Shown: piece after piece, positions 54,042-64,000 of the stretch
Layout of the letters: each line of letters starts with the position of its first letter
Numbering within the stretch: the stretch's first letter is position 1
Assembly: GCA_965644495.1 (NCBI GenBank)
Contig: CBFFSA010000010.1
Coordinates: 124,001-188,000 of the forward strand
Reading direction: 5' to 3'
DNA: 64,000 bases
Source: Perkinsela sp. CCAP 1560/9
Lineage: Eukaryota; Protista; Euglenozoa: Kinetoplastea
Notes under the pieces: model-generated
What the model was told of the DNA's origin: nothing
What the model saw: only the letters and a program-made list of their open reading frames with translations
Databases searched by the model: none
Made by a program: the position numbers and the translations under genes

Positions 54042-56701
54042 GAAGGGGAACGGAAGGAAGGGGATGAACCGTGTAGGTGGTTTGCTTTTTGATGTTTTTA
54101 AAGTGTATTTTGTTGAATTTGTACACGATGCGATAGTATCCGATGTGATCCGATGGTTCCTATACGTGCGTTTCACAGAGAAAGTTGGTACTATGGAGCT
54201 CGTTTATCAGTTTTTATCTTTGCTTGCATTGAACAATGCAATGAGGGAACAATGAGGATGCGCCTCGAATGACTAATGTGCACGTGTACTCCATGTCTGT
54301 AAATAGGTAAGTATAACTCATAATCTTGATACTAAAATTATTTTAGGATCAATTTATATTTTTATGGAAGTATTTTAAATACTTTTTTAGCATACAACCA
54401 TTACGCAATACACCATTCGGTTGCATGACCACAGCAAAGTCTGCCTCCGTTACGAACTCGATCTCAGCTGTCGAGGGAACTATCTCCACTCGGACACGGG
54501 CTCGTAGGAAAGCCAAGCCCACTGCAGCAGTAAGCGAAACGGCTCCAGTACACACTGACGATACCTCAGCGGATCAGAACAGAGGGAAGGGAGAGATGCT
54601 AAGGCCATTGAACCCCCACCCGAGACAGCGAGCCCCGAAGGAGTACAAATGGAAGTCCATGAGATCTCCAGACCCACCGGGAGTAGAGACGGTGGCGGAG
54701 ATTGCGAAGTGTCGTGGCATTGACGATTTCAAAAGGATTCCGTTTTTTAAAGACCTGATAGAAAAACATGTCCCGCGTGAATAGAATTCGCAGCAATAGA
54801 CTCTGGGTAAGACTTTGGGTAACAGAGAATGGAACTGCTTGTGAGCGCAGGCATTTCCTTGGAGATTGGAACCTTCAAAATGAGGTCATACATGTATACC
54901 TGCCCGGCTAATTGTTTAGAAGTGTGTATACATAAGTGCACTTTTCTTGAACCTGCCACTTGAGTTTCTTACTCAAAAGGCAGTAGAAACGGTAAATGCA
55001 AAATCTCAAAGTTCACTTTTGCTAACGCAAGAGCACTCTAACTTCTAAATAAGCCAATACCATGTCTGGTTTAGCCATGTATTACTTTAATGGGAGAATA
55101 TCTAAAAGGCAGCTTCGTAATTTACTCCTCTCTAAAGTGCAATCTACGTATTCTGAGAGATTCCAATAATTATACTCGTATTTGAAGACAAAATTCGTTA
55201 ACTAAATATCCGATACCTTACTTATGGAGACTTCTTAATGGACAAAGGTTTTACGAAGATAAGTGATCTGATGCGCTCTCGCAAAGTTACCCCCGCGATT
55301 CTTTCCATAGAAGTGCTCAAACATTTACAGCGTTCAAACACGACGGGGTGGTTAAACGCCCTGCTTCTACTTCGAAGTGCAACTCATAGCCCTGCAATGC
55401 TGCTGTGCGTCGATGCCTCTTTATGGGGTAAAGTTATGGGGAGCGCTCCGTGCCAGTGGTCGCGAGCACTCGTACGAGCTCACATTTCCCCATGGACCTC
55501 ACGATTCCCGCGTTGATGATGGTACATACATTTTTTTTTGCGAGGCCTATATGCAACCACCACAACATTAATTAAGCAAAAAGGCATACAACAATTTACT
55601 ACAGTACATACTACAGTGAATGAAAACCTCCGTGCAACAAAGTGCCACTCAAAAGTGGACCCGGCTTGCAGAGGGTTGCTGAAAACAGATACGAACCACG
55701 CAGTTATTTTCAATCCACTTGGAAGAAGGTCGTCCACCAATGCTTGTGAACTTTTCTTTAGAACATACTAGTACATGTATGATGGCCATAGGAGTAGTAT
55801 CGCCGCCTTCATTGATAGGACATCGAACAAAACCTTCCTGCTCTTGCGATTTCTCCTTTTTCCATCAGTTTTTCGCGTTTTTTGGTTGCTGTGCATATCC
55901 GTATTTTCACGCTTACCCTTGGATCTTGATCGTTTCCCTTTATCATGCGATTCAATGTTGTGTTTAATGGTTCCTTCCCGGTTACCTGTATTTTGCATGC
56001 TTATAGATTGCGTGGGACAAGTTAGTTTTGGTATACAAAATATAACTAGTAACAAAAAAATGTTGGAATTGGATCCCGAAATAGAAATCAACAAGTGACT
56101 ACGACGTGATTCAGCATTTACCCACTTTTCATTAATGGTGAATTACAAAATTTTCCCATCATTCCATATTTTATATTCATCGTACATATTTATCTACCTC
56201 ATACTTTTTGCCTAGCTACCTTTTTGTCTTCTCCTTCCCCTCCCTCTCTCCCTCTCTCTCCCCTACACCCTCTCCCCCAACCGCTCCCCCACCTTCTGTT
56301 CCCTCTGACCTTCCCCCCAGCCACTAGAAAAATTGACTGTGTTCCAAAAAAATGGGCAAAAAACCATGTTTTTAGGACCCAGGGGGTTCCAGGGGGTCAC
56401 TATGAAGCAAAGGCGGAAAAGCTCTTCGCTAGGGGAACGAGATCTCTCGAATGCTGCAAAAATGAGCAAAAACGGATAAAAAAATGTCATTTGCCAGGCC
56501 GGGGGCACACTTCTGTCCATGGGCGTATATTCTGAGGCAAGGATCGGGAATTGTCTCACAATTTTCACGGAGGAGGATAATACAGGATTTATTGATACTT
56601 TGGGTCGGAATTTTCGGGAAATTAAGCTTCCTGAGAATGATTTAAATGTTGTTACTGTTTTAGCTTCTGTTCAGGAAGCAAAAGCTTAGTTTACTACTGA
56701 A

Positions 56702-56885
56702 TAAGCTTGCACTTTCTTTTTTTATTTTCTCGCCCACTCCTTTGCTGCTTTTTTCTCACTTGCTATTTTCACTTTACACATTTGTGAGTTGTGCTCCTAC
56801 CTAAGCTTGTACTTTCTTTTCGCTATTTTCTCGCTCACTCCTTTGCTGCTTTTTCCTCACTTGCTATTTTGACTTTACACATTTT
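56702..56885. repeat. Tandem duplication of ~100 bp, pyrimidine-rich
   Basis: AAGCTTG..CACTCCTTTGCTGCTTTT..ACTTTACACATT occurs twice. Confidence 0.75.
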
Positions 56886-56894
56886 CTCTACTTT

Positions 56895-57870
56895 TGTTTT
56901 TCGTGCCCATCGCGAAACAAACGTCCGGACCCTTTCCGTCAGAGAATCGGGGCTCATGTAAGTCAGGGCAGAACCCATATTTCTTTAATATTCGAGTGAA
57001 GACCTCCTTCACCATCTTGTGACGAGTGGCAGCGGTGGCCCCTTTGACTTTATGACAGTCTAGTGCATGAACAACGAACTGTGCATTTGCTAACGTTTCC
57101 CCGCATACGCATTGCACTACCGGGCTCGAAACGGGGGCAATCATATAGCGCATCCGCGCCGCTGTTTGCCATTCCGAGTCTCGTAGGTAGTACTCGCCTC
57201 GATTTCTCCATGCTTCCATCCAGTAGCCAGTCCTCTTATCCATGAGTTGTAGTGCATGTACTTGGTTAGTAGGAGTGCTCTCTTTTTCTACTTCCGGACC
57301 CCTGCTGAGGTGCTTCTCCAAATAGGATCTTCCATACGAAAAGGTTTTAGCCCTCGAGTACAGAGTTTCAGCCTGCGTGGAATAAGGCTGTGCTCCCAGG
57401 AGGTTCGCCGTCATATGGTGATTGTGAAACGGGTTCCCCTCTAGGTTTCCAAAGCCTCCCAACAGTTCAGTAACACATCTCTCGACAGCCTCATCGGCAA
57501 GCTTATTTGCAGCCGCCGTAACATCCGGCTCATGACATCGCAGGAGATAGATCCACTTTGGAATTCCACATCGCTTCAAAAGCGTATAAGCGCTTTGTAG
57601 TGAAAGTTGCTGTAGGCGTTCCAAGAACGAGCGTAGCTTCGGAACTGCTGCTGAAGTACCCAACCCGATTCTTCCTTTTTCTCATTTGAAACAAATGCAC
57701 CAAGCAACTTTTGACCTTTGTCCTCCTGCCGGATTTTCTTGTCTTTGAATAGAAGGTATTGCTCCGCGCAGTGAGTCGAGAGCTTGCACTTCGATTCGTT
57801 GATTTCCAGACCTACTTGCGAGGCCCCAGCCATAAATTTTTCGTACGCCTGTATTACTCTTGTGCGCGTT
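56895..57870 (-). pseudogene. CRE-type RT C-terminus + RLE fragment, frameshifted
   Basis: VGLEINESKC, KLLGAFV, CVCG..HALDC, RHKMV, GPDVC. Confidence 0.8.
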
Positions 57871-58095
57871 TTCATAAGTTGTATTGTCATTGGGTTCAAA
57901 CACGTGCAAGAAAAATCCGTGTTCTACCCTAATACCCATCCAAGCCATTACCCCCTTCCCCCCATACCACCTACGGTTTCTGCAGCGAGGTTTTCTTTGG
58001 CACCCTTTAGGTCCAATGAAAAACTGAGACCCATGAACCCCACAGGTAAACAACTTTTCATCGGTCCAAATGATTTTGTTTAAATCTTCTTTAGG

Positions 58096-58551
58096 CTATG
58101 TAAGCAATTCGTTTGCTAATCTCAAACGCTGCGACTTGTGTTCCTCAGTTAGGTCACAGTTCGGCGACTTAGCCCATCTACCGTAATCAATATTTTTCAA
58201 AATAGTTCTTATTTTGTTTAACGAACATTTATACCCCATATTCAGCACTTGCTCGTGTATCCAAGCATAAGTTAAGCAACCATCGTACGTTTCGTTTTCA
58301 TCATCCATAATTTTTTTTACAAGGTTCTTAAACCGCCTTGATGATTTTTTTCCTAGGGATTTTTGGGGTGTAAGATCTTCTCCTTCCTTCCACAGGTTAA
58401 CAATTCTTCTTATGGTGCGACGGTCAGGTCCGAAATTATTAGATAATTTATGTATGCTTAATCCCTTTTTGTGTTGCTTTATTATTTCTTTTCTCCCGCA
58501 AAGAGGTAATGCCACGGTTCCTTTGTGGGATATTGGGGGATTGTCGGTCAA
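58096..58551 (-). pseudogene. Tc1-like transposase N-terminal (HTH) fragment
   Basis: GLSIHKLSNNFGPDRRTIRRIV..LTEEHKSQRLRLANE. Confidence 0.6.
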
Positions 58552-58859
58552 AGTGAAGCATCATTGCGCCTTTTTTGAAAAAAACAAATGCAGATATCTT
58601 TTTACGTTTATGGGCCGCTACTACTTATTTCTTTTGATTTCGCTTCTAAAAAGATGAGTCTTCACATTAATTAGAGATCTTCGCACAGCTGTTTTAAAGG
58701 ATCTCCCTCGCTGTTTCCGATCTTCAGACCATTGACGACGTCTCCGCTGAACTTTGGTCAATCTTTTCTTTCTTCATCAAAGTACCCAAGGGTCCCATTC
58801 CCACGGGATCGTCTTTTCTTTCTTCGTCAAAATACCCAAGGGTCCCATTCCCACGGGAT

Positions 58860-59010
58860 CGTACTGCCTTCTTGAGTATCTCACTCATGCGTTCAACAGT
58901 GTTGGTGTGCACCAAAGATCGTGGACGATTAACTGTCTCATGCCGTAAGTCTTTTCCCAGCGAGCGACTCGCTCGCCAGCCATCAGTGCGCGTTACGGTT
59001 CGACTTCCAG
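58860..59010 (-). pseudogene. Merlin/ISXO2 transposase C-terminal fragment
   Basis: TDGWRA..HETVN..VHTNTVE. Confidence 0.65.
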
Positions 59011-59569
59011 CAGACAACTTAATTAATTGTGTTATTGTGCGCAGTTCATAGTGATAAACCGTGAAAAAAGTTTGTATTTTTAATAATCTGACACACTCTA
59101 AAAGAAAACATACTTGTTTCAAACCAATATTTGAAAATTAGAAAAAAATATTTTTTTGGCGCAATAATGCTTCACTTTCACCGGATTGTCTTCTCTTTCG
59201 TCATTCCATCCTTGTACGCACCCCCCCTGTTTGGGGTTAGAGGGTCTGGTCTGCATAATGTAGAGGTTTTGACTACATTAAATTAGGCGATGGAGATGGT
59301 ACTAGACATAGAGCTTTCAAATTATCAATTTAGAACACTATTGCTCGTACTTACATGTTCAAAATGTACAAAAAATCGGAAAATGTGACAAAAAATGGTT
59401 GTGTACACAGAAAACGTTCTTAAAAACAGTGTTTTTCGGACCCAGGGGACACCAGGGGGCCTCTATGAAAAAAAGGCGGCAAAGCTCTTCGCTAGGGGAA
59501 CGAGATCTCTCCAATGCTGCAAAATGAGCAAAAATGGATAAAAAAAATCAAAATTCCGAGGGGGAGCAA

Positions 59570-62500
59570 GATCAACTGAAACCACTGTAACTCGCAGAGT
59601 TCACTCTTCTCCTTTAATGCATTAAAGATTGCCTGTCTCTCTAATGGGTTGAAAGCGTTCTTCATATCTATTGACAGCAGAACGGCTGTATCTGTAACGC
59701 GAAAGGCGTCGCGCGCTCGTAAAACGATTTCCGGGCCGCCATCTCTAGTTCCTACTCCCATTTGTGTTTCTGCAAACATTTTGCTGGTCTCCAATTCAGC
59801 GCGTTCCACAGCTATTTGAGCTGCTAGCTTGAGGAATAGTTCTCCCATCGCAATGGGCTTACATGCGAGAACTGCGCCTGTAGTGTGCTCCTCTTTACCT
59901 AACAGAACTAAAGTAGAACACGTTAACACTCCTTGGAGCTGTGATTCCCTTGAGTTCTGTAGGACACCGTTGACCACCCAGCACAGGCAGTCTACAATGT
60001 CTTGGTACTCCAACAACGGGGTCAAGAGCTCCCTCGTCCACCCCGAAGGTCCCGGTGCCGACCCTCTGGCAAGTTTTAAGGCTCTACGAGTAAGGACAGC
60101 TCCCTCGACTGGTTCCGAGTTTGCTTTTAGCGTTTTAAAACCCCTAAATTCTCTAGGATATAATATTTCTATAACTTTACTCGTTTCTTCCGATGAGAGC
60201 GCAACTTTATTTCTTGATTCTAAAGCTCGTACGGCCTAAAGCTCCAAGCTTGATTAGGCCTTCCGCTCGCGCCGCCGGATCTTGGGTTGCCTTTTTCTCC
60301 ACTTCAGGTAGAGGATAAAACTCTGGCTCCCTTTCGGACATTCTAAGCCTTAATTCTTGGCTAAGCTGCCTGTGGGTGAGTTTCTTTTCCGACAGGAAAA
60401 GAAATTACTTTACAGTGCACATAAGATTCCATGATATTTTTTGCCTGATATCCTCGTTCTGCTCAAGGAAGTTGCGACATATGCCACTGCAGAGTTCTTT
60501 CCAGCATGGCAGTTGCTGGTGATATAGTTTTCGAAAACTGGGTCTCCGAATAATAGTGTTGTATTTTTTCCGGAGGCTTCCAATGTCGAAGAGGTGTCGA
60601 CTTGGAAAGTCGGCGGTTACTATATCGTCCTCTCCTTTCTTCGGTGGGTTTACGGAGTTCCTATTCGTTTGTAGTATCCCCCTTGCCCTCTTTTCTAGAA
60701 TTGTTTCGCGTCCTTGTTCCGTATCCGCAAGGGAGATCTCCGTGTCGGGGGGAGTCCGATCGCTCCTCGGACGTGTCACTCCATACGAGACCGTTCCGAC
60801 CGGAATAGAGGCTAGGTCTAATGTTCCCGATTGTGAGATCTTTTTACCAGGTGGACGACCTCGCTTTTTTCCGGGTCCAGGGTTGCTTTCAATGCCCCCT
60901 CGAATCAACTGGGTCTGTACTTGTGCTTTTGACCACCCAGAGTTCGCTATGAGCGCTTGTGTGGGTAAGTAGCACCACATTGTGCCCAATTCTTGGGTGT
61001 GTTGCGCACTCCACGCAATAGACATTTCCATATCAATGCCTAGCTCTTCACATAAGAAGGTAGGTAGGTACTGCGGTTCCACGTGTGGTGGGAGTAGTAT
61101 TGGAATGCCTGAGGAGTGTGCTCCAAAGATTTGTATGGGAACCCCTTTGCCTTCCGGGTCTCCCGCGGGAATGCGTATGGTCGCCCCGATCGACCCCGGA
61201 GGGGAGAATTCCGACATTTTCCGATCGAGAGGAGGTTCAGTACGTGTACTCGCATCTATAAGTACGACCATGTGCCTGCGAAGGCCCAGTGCTCGTCCCA
61301 CTTCATCCCTAAGTGTCTCTAGGGTCTTATTTGCTGTGAGACCAAGGACACGGATGTGGCCGCTTTCCCGGGGCCCTAACGATAGGGGGATGATAACACC
61401 TTCTTGGTTGGAAGTCGCCTCCTCGGCGCCATCTACCTCGGCGTCATCTACATCAAGCTGTTCTGGGCATTCAATATCAGCCCATTTTTTCGTCGGGACG
61501 TGATGTAGGGCAGATGGAACTTCAGTACGAAGGACTGGGCGTCTCTTCTTGACTAAATGCTCCGTGGGATTAGGAAATGTCTCGTAAAATTCCTCGAGAA
61601 GCGAGAGAAATCCCCCCTCAAAGTCATCCTGTAGGTGGCGTCTCTTGCGTTGCTCAATTCGCTGGAGGTTGTGCTCTCTCCAGATCATAATTTTCTTTAT
61701 GTGAGCTTCGTGAACTTCAAGGTGTGTTCGAAGTGAAGATCCGTCCAGAAAGACCTTATCGAATTTAGAACATACGTGGCCTTCCCGCTCTTTGATTCGT
61801 CCAATTTTTTCTTGCTGCGTTGCTTTATCGTATAGGCTTTGTAGCATGCAAAGTTGGAGGTTCATATGAGATGTAATTGCCTGCATTTCGAGAGTTTGCT
61901 GTTCTATAATACTCTGATGAGTCGGGAATATTTTTCCCTTTCCTGAGTACTTAAGTGCTTTTTCTGGAATCTGTTTTCAATTTCTTGGACGCGCATGTCC
62001 AGGGTAAGGGTGCGTTTTTCCTTGGACTTAGAGGGTGTAATCCGCTTGGCAGCTCCGACGGCTTCCGGCTTTTCACGAGCTTGCATTTTAACGAAGTCTG
62101 CGTAGGAAAAAGAACCAAAGGTAGATCGGGTTCGGGTATATTTTCTTCCAGGTAGCGTAAAGGGCCCCGAGAATATGGGCTGGGAGTTCTTTAATGTGCG
62201 GTGGTTGTCCGGCTTATGTACGACTGGTTTTCCCTCAGGAAACATGGTTATTTTAGCCGGGGAGGCCGGTCTTCGCGCCTTGTAAGAGAGAGGCGTGGCC
62301 GGTTTACTGGACCCAAAGTGGCATGAAGAACACTTGGTGTGTTTCAATTGGAACGGAGAAAAAGGTTTATTGCAGACAGCACAAGGCTTTGTGTTGGAAG
62401 GCCTCAGCGGTGAGGAGGCTTTCTTTTTTAAAGTCTGGATCTGCAAGGCCAGTGTTCTCATGTTATGCTCCAGGCGAGCTATGGTCGGTTTCTTATCACT

Positions 62501-62664
62501 GGGGCCACGTTTCTTGCTCTGTTGAGCACACTTTTCGCGGAAACGGTGATGGGGGAGATGGGGGACGAACTATGTCCCACAATCTGAACATAGAAGTCGC
62601 GAAAAACGTGTCATGATTAAAATAAAACAACAAGGTACATAAACTGTATCTTTATCGTTAAAGA
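59570..62664 (-). mobile_element. 5' portion of a degraded CRE/SLACS-like element (SL, zinc fingers, unknown domain, 2A-like peptide, AT-hook, RT N-half)
   Basis: SL at 62628-62664. ORFs 61904-62461, 60405-61886, 59492-60025 (KPIAMGELFLKL, QMGVG, DMKNAFN). Probably continues at 56895-57870. Confidence 0.8.
62628..62664 (-). other. SL-like exon (one mismatch) preceded by a partial duplicate at 62673-62685
   Basis: TCTTTAACGATAAAGATACAGTTTATGTACCTTGTTG then TTTTATTTTAATC-ATG. Confidence 0.8.
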
Positions 62665-64000
62665 CAGAAGACCTTTATCGTTAAAAACAGATGAGAAAAC
62701 ACTCAAAAACTCGTCCCTCCCACAATGCCTATCTCAAAAGCATCAAAATCAGAATTTGTGACCATCAAGCCAATAAAAATTTGCCCAGAAAGTGCAGTGA
62801 AAAAAACAACCGTAAAGTTAGAAAGCGGTCGACGGGGAAAGAGAGGAAACTTACAAGACAAATAAATCGAACCTCATAACTCCACACACTCGTTTGTTCG
62901 AGTTTCGGCCTTTCCCCCGTACGAGGCACGCGCTCTGTTCGGGCTTGCCGCGTCCCAGAGGGGTACCATCGAGGCTTTTTTTCAGCAAGACGAGGAACAA
63001 TTACTAAAACTTTTTTTTCACTCCCTTTCACTCCCTTTCACTCCTCTATAGTCTGCACTCCTCACTCCTCTACAGCCTGCACTCCCCTTCACTCCTCTCC
63101 TGACTTTAAAAGTCAACTAGTTGAAAATAAAACAAGCGTGGCCCGATCGAGTAGTAAAGGGCCATCCTACTCAGCATTAAGCGAATACCCGAATGCCCAA
63201 AGAAGCGACGCTCCCGTGGCTGCGAATCACATTGATAGATTTTAGTTCTACCAGAAATATTTGCATTCTGACAACTATTTTTCTCTCCCCTTTCTCTCTC
63301 ACACACGTGTTTCCTCCACTTGATTTCTTGCTTTTCATATTCCACAGCGAATTCCACGGCGAATTTGGTTCGAAACATTGTTTCTTCAAAAGCTACGTTT
63401 GTAATCCTGTACTTTACTTTTCAGTTCACAACGTTGAAATGAGCTTTCGGGTCTTGCGCATGGGTGCTGACGTGGAGAGTCGATTTTTGCCTCCTGTGTG
63501 CAAGTTTCTACTCACGCCCCAGTTCAAAATAAATTCAAAACTGTCACCGAATCGTCTTCCGCTTTTCTTGTCCACGTATGTCATACGTGGAACCCCGTCA
63601 TACTATGACGGGGCCAATGAGTTCACCACCGTCACGTCCACAAGGACAAGCAAGGACAACCAGTACTGCTCTCTGCGCAAAAGGAGTCACCCCTCAATCA
63701 CTCGGGCGTATTTTGCGCCCTTGAGCACTGCCGTAAGGGGGGGTAATGGTGGTCTATTTTCGTGCCATTTATACGATTTATACCATTTGTAAACTATTTT
63801 ATCATTTTATTATTGTTTTATTATTAAAAAAATATATTATCCATCCACTCGCGCTACCTACGCATGCATTTGTGCCTCACTCCTTTGTTTCACCTTCGCG
63901 ACGAACCATCCAGCGGTTCGTCGTGGCGCGCCGGCAAAGTCCACGGGGTGGGACTTCCCCAGGAATTACAACTTGACAAGTTTATACTAAACATTCGAAA

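Noticed and set aside
54425-56100. Short ORFs possibly from a decayed transposase
   Set aside because: No convincing motif set; cannot be assigned by eye.

Overview
Eukaryotic, transposon-saturated window. It is most likely from a euglenozoan (kinetoplastid-like) protist, because it carries several copies of a ~39-nt spliced-leader (SL/mini-exon)-like sequence containing GATACAGTTTCTGTAC. Most of the window is nested mobile DNA. (i) CRE/SLACS-type RLE non-LTR retrotransposons: one intact 1329-aa copy, a full-length frameshifted copy and many 5'-truncated copies. (ii) Two DIRS/VIPER/TATE-type retroelements with complete A1..B1-A2-B2 split direct repeats, one with gag+YR+RT/RNase H and one with no recognisable YR. 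(iii) HERO/NeSL-like and RTE-like fragments. (iv) Tc1/mariner, Merlin and MITE-type DNA transposons. Only a few host genes are recognisable: thioredoxin, coatomer delta, and two or three hypothetical proteins. The most notable observation is a CRE family whose polyprotein starts with a captured Ataxin-2/Pbp1 LsmAD domain. Its copies start with a genomic SL exon, and most 3' ends carry a conserved ~240-nt structured RNA module. A second CRE-like family has a 2A/StopGo-like peptide followed by an AT-hook, and shares an unknown ~150-aa domain with a HERO-like fragment. All calls are by eye; no database searches were run.
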